DNA of 56,773 nucleotides, from positions 1 through 56,773 of the IMG/VR virus record IMGVR_UViG_3300025128_000043. The stretch is one strand, 5' to 3'. A model generated the notes under the pieces. It saw nothing but the letters and a program-made list of their open reading frames with translations. It was not told the DNA's origin and did no database searches. The DNA is from a virus (taxonomy: Duplodnaviria; Caudoviricetes). Made by a program: the position numbers and the translations under genes. Below are positions 45,284 through 53,620 of the stretch, piece after piece. Within the stretch, counting starts at the first letter, position 1; each line of letters opens with the position of its first letter.

Positions 45284-45820
45284 ATGATAAGCATAAAATT
45301 GAATCGCAAGAACCTGCAAATTACCGCGCCGGAAGAGCGCGCCCTGCGTATCCTGAAAAGTAATAATTTTTCAGCTAAGAAGGCAGAATTTGCCGAGGGT
45401 ACTGGCAATTACATCAAGTCAATTCTGCCTAAAGATAGAGAGCGACGCAAAGCATTAGGAATTACTGAAACAAGCAACAGCAATCCTTTTGATTTGCCAA
45501 GAAGCAACAAAGAAAAAGCATTTTTCAAAGAAAACCCACGCTGTCAGTCTGGCATTTTTGGAAACCCGCGTAGAATAAATGCCATTCTCAAGAGACTTAT
45601 GGAATTAAAGATAGCTAAAAAACCTATCATAAAATGGCAAGTCGGTTGGGATGATGAAAACATTCCAGCTTTTGGGCTGGAGTTTTTTGACTCAGAAACT
45701 GAGGCACAAAAATACGCTGAATCTCTCGACAGCGACGGGGAAACGGGGATTGTTTTGACCGAGTTTGACGATGACTGCCCCCTTTCTAGTTGGAAACTCA
45801 TCGACGGCGTTTGGGAGTAA
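45284..45820 (+). CDS. Early hypothetical protein
   Basis: ORF with GAGGA RBS. Confidence 0.7.
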   Translation: MISIKLNRKNLQITAPEERALRILKSNNFSAKKAEFAEGTGNYIKSILPKDRERRKALGITETSNSNPFDLPRSNKEKAFFKENPRCQSGIFGNPRRINAILKRLMELKIAKKPIIKWQVGWDDENIPAFGLEFFDSETEAQKYAESLDSDGETGIVLTEFDDDCPLSSWKLIDGVWE

Positions 45821-45824
45821 ATTA

Positions 45825-45992
45825 ATGCTAATAACTAACACAGTCATTTTTCTTGCGCTGATCTTTCCAGCTTTGCTATTGCTATGGCTTGTAATCCATC
45901 TTGCAGTAACAGACCAGAGAGGGATGCTAATGGGAATTTACCTGGGATGCTTAGGTGTCATGGTCGTAATTTTTGGATCAGTCATGGCGTGA
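45825..45992 (+). CDS. Small two-TM membrane protein
   Basis: Two hydrophobic helices. Confidence 0.55.
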   Translation: MLITNTVIFLALIFPALLLLWLVIHLAVTDQRGMLMGIYLGCLGVMVVIFGSVMA

Positions 45993-46088
45993 AGAAAACT
46001 GAAATTTTTTGTAACTTTTTTAGTTTTGAGTCGTCTTAATTGTAGACATATCATTTTTTAAACAAGGAAAACCAGCGAGGAGCTAACT

Positions 46089-46415
46089 ATGTGGAATTTT
46101 TTAATGGAGCGTTTATTTTGCGTGATGTATTCGGCAATGAATCAGCACGAGTCAACGGGGACAGAGTGGGGAAAACAACGAGTTTATAGAAATTATACAG
46201 ATGAAGAGATGATGTCATGGATAGACGGAGAAAAAAAAATTGACCTAAGCAAAATCCTTCTAGACGATCTTGAGGCCGCTCAAAAATTCATTGATTGCAA
46301 CGTCATTACGAGACAGTTACGCGAACAATACTTCCTGCAAAAGACTAAGGAATCCAAATCCGATCTGGATGCTTTTTATAAATGGTCTCGTGCTGATGCT
46401 GACTCTTTGGACTGA
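46089..46415 (+). CDS. Hypothetical protein (N-terminal frame questionable)
   Basis: GAGGAG RBS; see finding on the overlapping -1 frame. Confidence 0.5.
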   Translation: MWNFLMERLFCVMYSAMNQHESTGTEWGKQRVYRNYTDEEMMSWIDGEKKIDLSKILLDDLEAAQKFIDCNVITRQLREQYFLQKTKESKSDLDAFYKWSRADADSLD

Positions 46416-46637
46416 CACGATATAAGTTGCACCGATAAATCAACAAGTGTAGTATAATAAACAGACATTAAATGGAGAGGAGTACCGACATTAAAAAGTG
46501 AATAGACCAAACGGACTTAATGACGAGGTTGCAATGCAAAATCAGAGACACGAGAAAATCTGGGAAGCACCAACCGATGCACAACAAGTGTTAATGCGAG
46601 TCCGTTTCAATGTGTTTACTTTCAGCGAGGAACTGAT

Positions 46638-47246
46638 ATGAAATTTGACTACTGCCTTTTAGCGATTGATGGCGATTGTTCCGATCATGGAATGAGCCAT
46701 GTTGCAGATGCCTTACCTATTAGCGATGAAGATATGCCTTTTGTCGCTGATTTTCTCAAAGCAGATTTAGATTGGCATCTTGCGTCTGCACGGGATTGTA
46801 TTAGTAATAGCAAGTCTAAACCTGATGCAAGATATGAGACCTTTTCTAAAGCCGCCTTTAAGTTGAGAGACCTTGGCATATTCCAGCATAAATGGCACTA
46901 CAGAACCACATGGATTTTGGTTGAGACCGAATCTCTGGAGAACGGCTCCTATGGTGATAAATGGGAATACAAAGGCTACCTCATGCAAAAGAATGTCGGC
47001 GAGGCTTATGAGGCTCTGAAAGCTCTTGGTGTGCATGTTTTACACCCGCGTTTAGAGCACGGTGGACATTTTGCAATAAGCGGAGAACTTTACGGCGATG
47101 GATCACAAGGCGATAAGCCAGAGCTTAAACTTGATTACTATGAAAATTATACGGGTGAAAACACTCCAATCCCTGAGATTTTGAAAAAGCATGGATTGCA
47201 TTTTGAATGGATAAATGCAGGTGTTGCAGGAGTCTATTCACGATGA
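46638..47246 (+). CDS. Hypothetical protein
   Basis: GAGGA RBS; C-terminal LKKHGLHFEWINAGVAGVY. Confidence 0.72.
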   Translation: MKFDYCLLAIDGDCSDHGMSHVADALPISDEDMPFVADFLKADLDWHLASARDCISNSKSKPDARYETFSKAAFKLRDLGIFQHKWHYRTTWILVETESLENGSYGDKWEYKGYLMQKNVGEAYEALKALGVHVLHPRLEHGGHFAISGELYGDGSQGDKPELKLDYYENYTGENTPIPEILKKHGLHFEWINAGVAGVYSR

Positions 47247-47440
47247 AGCATAACTTCCACACAGCGTTTTATAGATATGCTTGTTATCTTCAAGATAACC
47301 TAGGGCAATCAGCCTCAAGTCGTGAATACATATGCCGAGAAACCAGCGGTCTTGATTCGTCAGGGGCGTTTGTTTTGCGTGATGTCTTTGGCAATGAATC
47401 AGCAAGAATCAACGGTACGCAAGTCAAAATTATTTTTTAA
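47243..47440 (+). CDS. Small hypothetical protein (..GAFVLRDVFGNESAR..)
   Basis: ATGA overlap; paralogous segment at 46109-46158. Confidence 0.65.
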   Translation: MKHNFHTAFYRYACYLQDNLGQSASSREYICRETSGLDSSGAFVLRDVFGNESARINGTQVKIIF

Positions 47441-47459
47441 CAAAACGAGGAACCGAAAG

Positions 47460-47852
47460 ATGAAAAATAAACTAAAATTTAACAGCAACAAATCACTGGT
47501 GAAGCTGGCGCGGGATACCATTGCAGCCAGCAAGTTCAAGATAGCCTATCGTGATGAATATACCGCAGACAAATGCTTTTACTTGGTCAAGGACGATGGC
47601 ATTTACCTGATGAACTGCTATGAATCAGACAATGCTGATTCTGAGCTTGGCAGGGATAAGCCAAACAGTGTGGTCTACGCCAGCGGTTTTAACCCCAAAT
47701 ATAACGAACATGTTTGGGATGATGCATATGCGATCAGTGGTGACGATTTTGCTGAGAACATCTATTTGACTGATGAGCAACTCGACAGAGTAGCTAATGG
47801 TGGCTCAGTTAATATCAGTTTAAGTGAGACTGAAATCGAGGTGAGGGCATGA
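47460..47852 (+). CDS. DUF3085-like protein
   Basis: FYLVKDDGIYLM..VYASGFNP..GDDFAE. Confidence 0.75.
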   Translation: MKNKLKFNSNKSLVKLARDTIAASKFKIAYRDEYTADKCFYLVKDDGIYLMNCYESDNADSELGRDKPNSVVYASGFNPKYNEHVWDDAYAISGDDFAENIYLTDEQLDRVANGGSVNISLSETEIEVRA

Positions 47853-48289
47853 GCACTCGCAGCGAAATTGCAGTAGAAAACCCAGACAACTCTATTAGTT
47901 CAATTTATTGCCACGGTGATGGCTATTTGGAACATAATGGGGTCATTCTTAATAAGCACTATGCAAGCTATGGAGAAGCCTTATCCATCATAGAACAAAA
48001 CGATTGTTCATCTTTAGGAGAAACTATAGAGGAAAGTCGTTTCTACAACACATGGCGTGGTGAAGATACAGAATCAAAGAAATTTGATAACGAGTATCAT
48101 TTTATGGAAGAGTTTGGAAACAATATCTTTGCCGAGTACATCTATCTTTTTAAGGATGATAACTGGTATGTGTCAGAATTGAAGTTTATAGATAATCCTT
48201 CCGATAACTATAATCATTGCCTTGCGTACCATACAAAATTCTTTTTGTTGAGCGATGCCCTTAAAAAAATTAACGAGAGGGCAGCATGA
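47849..48289 (+). CDS. Conserved phage early protein
   Basis: MSTRSEI..SIYCHGDGY..G..L..HY..EYIYLF. Confidence 0.75.
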   Translation: MSTRSEIAVENPDNSISSIYCHGDGYLEHNGVILNKHYASYGEALSIIEQNDCSSLGETIEESRFYNTWRGEDTESKKFDNEYHFMEEFGNNIFAEYIYLFKDDNWYVSELKFIDNPSDNYNHCLAYHTKFFLLSDALKKINERAA

Positions 48290-48477
48290 CACTACCTAAC
48301 AAAATTTTAATAGGCACTCTCGCTTTCATGGCTTTCGCCTGGGTCAATAACTCCTCTTTCGAGGATGAACTGGCAGAGCAAAAGCATTATTGCGAGATGG
48401 TGTCGATCTATGAATCCAGCGATGGTCAGAATGGCTGGCCTAATTTCAAAAAACTAGACTGTAAAAAGGGGAACTGA
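48286..48477 (+). CDS. Small exported/membrane protein
   Basis: Hydrophobic N-terminus; YCEMV..GWPNFK..C. Confidence 0.7.
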   Translation: MTLPNKILIGTLAFMAFAWVNNSSFEDELAEQKHYCEMVSIYESSDGQNGWPNFKKLDCKKGN

Positions 48478-48478
48478 G

Positions 48479-48820
48479 ATGAGTAACGAAAAAGTGGTCA
48501 GCATCGACCAAAACAGCGAAAAACTGGCAGACAAAGGCTTATGGAATCCTGATTTAATTGCTGAAATAACCTGCGTCACTGGAGCTAGAATTATAACTAA
48601 CCTATCTGCTCAATCTCAGGGATTTTATCTTCTCAGATGGGTGAACAACTCTGGCAGAACTGAAGTCATAATTGAGATACAAGATCGCGTCAGTAGCATG
48701 ATCGTGAATATCGACCGATTCCGCACCCAAAAGGATGAGCTGGCCTTGGATGGTATAGCCGCTAAATATGGCTTGCAGTACGGAGAATGTAATGATGAGG
48801 AGAGAAAAAATGAAAGGTAA
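48479..48820 (+). CDS. Hypothetical protein
   Basis: ORF in operon. Confidence 0.6.
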   Translation: MSNEKVVSIDQNSEKLADKGLWNPDLIAEITCVTGARIITNLSAQSQGFYLLRWVNNSGRTEVIIEIQDRVSSMIVNIDRFRTQKDELALDGIAAKYGLQYGECNDEERKNER

Positions 48821-49205
48821 ATTACCTGAGTTTGATCTTACGGCTAAAGAACTCGGTTCAAACGCGCAAGCGTTTTGCGACCATATCTGTGCGGGCCTTG
48901 AGGCTGGTGGCTTCAACCCAAAGGACTACCCAATGTCGATTGTGGCTGACGACGTAACCAAAGAGGTCGGCTTTCTTATTGGTCAAGTACCTCTGTCTGA
49001 AATGTGCGAGGAGCACATGCTTAAAACCTCAGAGGCCATCGTCTGTTACGAGGATCGAATCGCGTGGCATTTTGAAGAAAATACTGCGTGTATGTCGGTC
49101 AGCGAGAGGCAGCCGGCCAGTATGTGCGCCGTACTGTTTTTGGGCGCAATTCTGACGGGGAAAACCGTTCCTGCGCAGATACTCCAGGAGTGTGAAGATG
49201 AGTGA
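48810..49205 (+). CDS. Hypothetical protein
   Basis: GAGGAG RBS before ATG 48810. Confidence 0.65.
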   Translation: MKGKLPEFDLTAKELGSNAQAFCDHICAGLEAGGFNPKDYPMSIVADDVTKEVGFLIGQVPLSEMCEEHMLKTSEAIVCYEDRIAWHFEENTACMSVSERQPASMCAVLFLGAILTGKTVPAQILQECEDE

Positions 49206-49434
49206 AGATCAAGTAAAAAAATCAATGAAAATAATTATACCCGCTGAAAATTGGATTGAGCTATATTCAGAGTTATCAGAGTACGTTCTGCAATATGCTT
49301 CACTTGATCCAATTTATGATGATGAAGGAAATAGAACAGAAGAAAAGCAAGATGAATTTATAGATATAGTAAATTCAGTTGAATCAATTATGGAAAGTGT
49401 ATTAACCAAAGGAGATGGGAACTATAACTATTGA
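49192..49434 (+). CDS. Small acidic hypothetical protein
   Basis: ORF; Asp/Glu-rich. Confidence 0.65.
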   Translation: MKMSEDQVKKSMKIIIPAENWIELYSELSEYVLQYASLDPIYDDEGNRTEEKQDEFIDIVNSVESIMESVLTKGDGNYNY

Positions 49435-49477
49435 AAATTAGAAAACCATTCGACTCAAGCGAACTAGGAGAAAATAG

Positions 49478-49780
49478 ATGAGTGAAGACATACCTACAGA
49501 AGCGAGCCACTATACAATAGCGACAGAGGATGACTCTGAATCTTGGGAAGCCCATCGCATGTTGGAAGAAGCGCAACGGCGTGAAGAAGAAGAAAAACCA
49601 CCCCTCAGAATGTCTACAGTTGAAATCTTGGAAAGGCTACGGAAGGCTCATTCGATACTGGATGTGGCTGATGCTCGCATTGACCACTTAACTTGGACAA
49701 TTCATGAGATGATTGAGCGACTTAAACGAAAAGATCAGGAGTTTAGAGATGGACTCGAAGATCAACTCAAGAAAATGTAG
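49478..49780 (+). CDS. Hypothetical coiled-coil protein
   Basis: AGGAG RBS. Confidence 0.7.
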   Translation: MSEDIPTEASHYTIATEDDSESWEAHRMLEEAQRREEEEKPPLRMSTVEILERLRKAHSILDVADARIDHLTWTIHEMIERLKRKDQEFRDGLEDQLKKM

Positions 49781-49804
49781 AGGTTTTTGTTGCACTCTCA
49801 ACAG

Positions 49805-49847
49805 GGAGCATATCCCCTTATTGATGGGGATACTGCTCCTTTTTTTT
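49805..49847 (+). terminator. Rho-independent terminator ending the early operon
   Basis: ggagcatatcccc...ggggatactgctcc then T8. Confidence 0.85.
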
Positions 49848-50286
49848 ATTCTGGGCTAGGTGCTTTTGGTGGGGGGATGATGAACCCCATCTCTGCTGAT
49901 TCTCTTATCAGCGTTTCAATCAGGTCCGAGTAAGAGCTTTTGCTTTGATCGGCTGATCTTTGAATCGGACGATTCATCACACCAAATTTAGTGTCTACCT
50001 GTTCGCTTCCATAAGTCCTCGACAACATAATTTCATGGATTTCATCAGGGGTATTGCCTGTAAATTTGCCAAACTCCCTTGCCCATTTTCGATAATAACT
50101 TTCCTGGCTTCGAGTTCTCTCATCTCTTATCGGCTGAACGCAGAGTTCAACGCCCTTCTCTTTGAGCTTCGGCAACATATGCTGAATCGCTGGTATTTCA
50201 CCAGGAAACCGCCCAGCCAAGGCCATCAACAGTTTATTGAAGATGGCCTTATGGGTTTCTGGATTAAGCTCAAATCTTAGTCCCAA
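49846..50286 (-). CDS. NinB/Orf-like recombination protein
   Basis: RTRSQESYYRKW..DEIHE..RSADQSK..DLIE. Confidence 0.6.
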   Translation of the reverse strand: MGLRFELNPETHKAIFNKLLMALAGRFPGEIPAIQHMLPKLKEKGVELCVQPIRDERTRSQESYYRKWAREFGKFTGNTPDEIHEIMLSRTYGSEQVDTKFGVMNRPIQRSADQSKSSYSDLIETLIRESAEMGFIIPPPKAPSPE

Positions 50287-50609
50287 GGGTCTTTTCCAGA
50301 ATCAACTGGTGGCGGTGGTGGTGGTGGTGGAGCGTCATTAGTATCACTTGCCACCCCCATCACAGCATCTTGATTTTCCTTTGCAACATATGCCTCGCCA
50401 GTGAGATAGATATATCGCTGACCGTTGCTCTGAGCCGTTCTATCCCAACCTGCAATTTGAATTTTGATATCACCAACGCCAGCTTTCGCCTGGTTGACTA
50501 ACATCCTCAGAACATCACGAGTGATCTCAACGTGACCCTTTACGTCAGGCTGTTTCTCACTGGTTTTGTTGTGCGCCCAAAGCCCACCTTTAGTTTTTGG
50601 AAAATCCAT
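50277..50609 (-). CDS. Putative ssDNA-binding protein (DUF736-like)
   Basis: KTSEKQPDVKG..IAGW..YIYL; acidic/Pro tail ending PWD. Confidence 0.6.
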   Translation of the reverse strand: MDFPKTKGGLWAHNKTSEKQPDVKGHVEITRDVLRMLVNQAKAGVGDIKIQIAGWDRTAQSNGQRYIYLTGEAYVAKENQDAVMGVASDTNDAPPPPPPPPVDSGKDPWD

Positions 50610-50610
50610 G

Positions 50611-51360
50611 CTATTTCACCTCTTCTGTTATTGATAATTTATTTTTTAATTCACTAAAACCCACACGCAATTTCTCATACTGCTCGTTCCAATCTCTATC
50701 AAGCACATCAATAGTGGCTTTGTTTTTCCTATAGAAATCCTTGAGTTCATCGGGGTTTTCTGCAAACTCACCTGCCATCTGCAACATGAAACCAACTAAA
50801 CTCTCAGCACCTTCTACGCTGGTTATCTCAGCTACTTCACCCAGGGTATAATCCTCTATATCTTTTGTTTTATCTGCTGGCTCAGGCTGAGGCTCAGGCT
50901 CAGGTTTAGGCTTTGCTTTTGGCTTAGGCTTGGGCTTGGGTTCTGGTGCTTCTGCCTTGTCATTGATGGCATGGTTCACTTCATCAAAAGAAGCGTAGTT
51001 GCCCCCTGACAGACCGCAAGCACTTAACGCCCTGCCAATACTGCTGGTAAGACAGTTCTCAACCGCGCTGGTTTTATTAACTGGCCCACTCGCCCTGTAT
51101 TCCTCAGCAAAATCATTGGCAATAACTCGCCATGATCCATCGACAAATACGCTGATAGAGGTCTCTGCCAGAACTTTAGTATCATCTGCAACATGAATCG
51201 TGGAGATAATCTTTCCATCATCCCCGTAGGTTTCCCGAAAAATCTGGACTCGCGTATGCACTTCCGCGTAACGCTTACCCCTTATGTCAACCTTTTCTGA
51301 GTCGGGTAACTCAGACATCTTAGCAACGGCTTCTAAAAGCCTGTTTTGTTCCTCGCTCAC
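50611..51360 (-). CDS. Sak/Rad52-like single-strand annealing protein
   Basis: IRGKRYAEVHTRV..NKTSAVENCLTSSIGRAL; PK/PE linker. Confidence 0.65.
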   Translation of the reverse strand: MSEEQNRLLEAVAKMSELPDSEKVDIRGKRYAEVHTRVQIFRETYGDDGKIISTIHVADDTKVLAETSISVFVDGSWRVIANDFAEEYRASGPVNKTSAVENCLTSSIGRALSACGLSGGNYASFDEVNHAINDKAEAPEPKPKPKPKAKPKPEPEPQPEPADKTKDIEDYTLGEVAEITSVEGAESLVGFMLQMAGEFAENPDELKDFYRKNKATIDVLDRDWNEQYEKLRVGFSELKNKLSITEEVK

Positions 51361-51372
51361 TGTACTTTCTCC

Positions 51373-51633
51373 TTACTGATTAAATTTTTGTTTAGCCGCC
51401 TTAATAATTATTTCTGCTAATTCTTTTACTGCTAGTTGGTCAAAGACCAAAAAGCTGATGTCAGTCACATGATGCTCATTCATGGTGATCTTTACACTCT
51501 CACCGAGGAGCTTCATGCCTAGATTCACGGTCTTAAATCTGGAATCAGCCCACAGACCAAGCATCTTACGTTCAATGACATCTTCTGCGTGAAATTCAAT
51601 GCTGATCGACTTTTCTAAATCAAATGTTGCCAT
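51373..51633 (-). CDS. Hypothetical protein
   Basis: Start reassigned to MATFD. Confidence 0.55.
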   Translation of the reverse strand: MATFDLEKSISIEFHAEDVIERKMLGLWADSRFKTVNLGMKLLGESVKITMNEHHVTDISFLVFDQLAVKELAEIIIKAAKQKFNQ

Positions 51634-52021
51634 TTCTGATTGCCTCATATTGATCGCACCATCTCGCAACACCGCAATAATCGCCCTCGCATCGCACGTT
51701 CTTTCCTTTGCGTTCTTCAATGCAATGCTTGTTGTCCAGCTTGTTATCATCAAAGTATCGCTGTGCTTCTTCTTCTGATGGAAAAACACGCATAGCTCGC
51801 TTATTAACAATCTTCTTCACAGCCCATGTGGACGGCCTTGCCCATCGCTCAAGGTCAGAACAAAGTGGCAGATCACCGCCAGTTAATCTCTCATACTCAG
51901 CATCCTGGTGGAGCTTTACTCTGCCAGCGATGTATTCATCTTGTTTAGCATCATCCCAAAGCTGAATCGGTATGATAGTTATTGGGGATTTTGGATAAGC
52001 GTTAGTCTCTTTCATCTTCAT
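51620..52021 (-). CDS. C-terminal part of a PD-(D/E)XK/Cas4-like exonuclease
   Basis: YP..PI..I.LW, LPLC..ERW, RC..YC.V..WC; same frame as 52184-52702. Confidence 0.65.
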   Translation of the reverse strand: MKMKETNAYPKSPITIIPIQLWDDAKQDEYIAGRVKLHQDAEYERLTGGDLPLCSDLERWARPSTWAVKKIVNKRAMRVFPSEEEAQRYFDDNKLDNKHCIEERKGKNVRCEGDYCGVARWCDQYEAIRNGNI

Positions 52022-52187
52022 CGACCTGAGCTATAGTGTAGTAATAAAGCCTTCTTACCTCATCATCACTGAACTGTAAGATAACTCTCTCTCTGACATA
52101 ATCGAATAAATTACGGGTACTTAACGTCTGAATATGCTCGATTTCATACTCAGTAAGCACATCACGCATATGGTCAATGTTCATCAT
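52002..52187 (-). CDS. 61-aa ORF inserted between the nuclease halves
   Basis: AGGGGG RBS and ATGA overlap; MMNIDHMRDVL... Confidence 0.6.
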   Translation of the reverse strand: MMNIDHMRDVLTEYEIEHIQTLSTRNLFDYVRERVILQFSDDEVRRLYYYTIAQVDEDERD

Positions 52188-52702
52188 TTCCCCCTTTGCT
52201 TTTCTAGTTCCGACAATTTCCAATCACGCAGAACTGCAACGATCTGGCATTTGCCTACGGGCATCTTCTTTACATGACGCACAAGCCAGGCATAAGCATT
52301 AAGCTGGTTAACCCATTCTTGTTTGCCGTAGATCACGCTCCAAACGGAAGTGCATTTGTAATCTGAAACAGTGACAGAACCATCTGCTTCGGTTTCCTGC
52401 AAATCAATCGCACCAGAAAGCTCCCAACCCTCATGGTCAACGAATAATCGTTCCTCGCTGATATGCTCTTTATCAGATACAGCATCCTCAAACATATTGT
52501 GAACAGCCGTTCCAAGAACACTCCAGACCTTTTCTGAGGCATCTTCAGTCATTTCAGCATCATGCTCGGCTCTGAGTATCCTAATTCTAGGAGAATCAAT
52601 CAGTTGCGTGATACTTCGATTACTCGAACCGCGACTGTAATTATCTTTGGTTAACGCATCAACAACAGGCTTTGGCAGGTTGTGTTTATTCGTGAGTTGC
52701 AA
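52184..52702 (-). CDS. N-terminal part of a PD-(D/E)XK/Cas4-like exonuclease
   Basis: LGTAVH, E.RL, SGAIDL, DYK, QLNAY. Confidence 0.8.
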   Translation of the reverse strand: MQLTNKHNLPKPVVDALTKDNYSRGSSNRSITQLIDSPRIRILRAEHDAEMTEDASEKVWSVLGTAVHNMFEDAVSDKEHISEERLFVDHEGWELSGAIDLQETEADGSVTVSDYKCTSVWSVIYGKQEWVNQLNAYAWLVRHVKKMPVGKCQIVAVLRDWKLSELEKQRGK

Positions 52703-52952
52703 GACAAAAGACCCTAATGGACTGAGGTGATTCTGTGGTCACAGAAAATTTAGACCCTGCATACTTCTTTTGGTATCGTTGAACCTTCATTCTCAAAGCG
52801 TTCAAGGTCTTGTCCAAATTACCATTGTCTACATCCAGCTTAAAAGATTGCCCTGGTTTCATCGCATCGAGAGGTAAATTTGGTAGCGGCACCCTATCAA
52901 CCACCCTATTGGGTAGTGGAACATTGTCTTCAATAATAATCGGACTCATCAT
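52686..52952 (-). CDS. Small putative DNA-binding protein
   Basis: IEDNVPLP..P...MKPGQSF..IRVF. Confidence 0.6.
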   Translation of the reverse strand: MMSPIIIEDNVPLPNRVVDRVPLPNLPLDAMKPGQSFKLDVDNGNLDKTLNALRMKVQRYQKKYAGSKFSVTTESPQSIRVFCLATHE

Positions 52953-53024
52953 TTTTCCTTTACGTTTGATTTGTGATGTTGTTGTATGTTTAGATGTAGC
53001 GAATTGTCGCGTAAAAGAGTAACC

Positions 53025-53462
53025 ATGTCAAATGATGAAATCGTACATAGTTTTACCGTACTGGGGGAGCCAGCCTCGAAAAGTAATAGCAGACGACTCG
53101 TTACCATTAAAAACCGACCTGCTTTCATCAAATCAAAAAAAGCACTTAACTATGCAAAAGATTTTTCTAGGCAATGTCCTGTGCTTGATCCGCTTCTGGA
53201 AGGTTATCTTGAGGTTGAAATGACAGTCTATTACGCAACAAGAAGGCCCGACCTAGATGAATCAGTCATACTCGACTGTATGCAAGACAAAATTTATAAG
53301 AATGATCGCCAGGTAAAGTCCAAGATTGTTCGCTGGGGTTTAAGTAAGTCTAATCCAAGAGCAGAGATCGAAGTTCGCCCATTAAAAAAGCCCCCTCACG
53401 AAGAGGGGGCCAGAAGTCAGCGAGGAACCGACCCTGCCAAAAATTCTAAAGGGAAAATTTAG
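53025..53462 (+). CDS. RusA-like Holliday junction resolvase
   Basis: GEPASKSNS..RRPDLD..ILDCMQ..YKNDRQV..NPRAEI. Confidence 0.85.
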   Translation: MSNDEIVHSFTVLGEPASKSNSRRLVTIKNRPAFIKSKKALNYAKDFSRQCPVLDPLLEGYLEVEMTVYYATRRPDLDESVILDCMQDKIYKNDRQVKSKIVRWGLSKSNPRAEIEVRPLKKPPHEEGARSQRGTDPAKNSKGKI

Positions 53463-53479
53463 CAAATGAATAATATGCT

Positions 53480-53590
53480 AAAAAATCAATATAGAACAGT
53501 CCTAATAGAAATATACCTAGTTTTTTATAAGTATGTACTAAGAATAGGACTATCCTAGATAGGATTATATACAGAATATGAAAATAATAA
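53480..53590. other. AT-rich CTAG/ATAGG region upstream of the primase gene (candidate origin)
   Basis: Non-coding and AT-rich; 17-bp inverted identity with 42630-42646. Confidence 0.5.
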
Positions 53591-53620
53591 TGTAAAGTAA
53601 AGTAAGCGAGGAACGATTAC

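Noticed and set aside
46109-47415. DGR template/variable repeat pair
   Set aside because: No reverse transcriptase; mismatches are not confined to adenines of one copy and follow codon-level conservation
52022-52186. Stop-codon read-through or alternative genetic code joining the nuclease halves
   Set aside because: In-frame stops include TGA, TAA and TAG, and all three stops are used normally elsewhere
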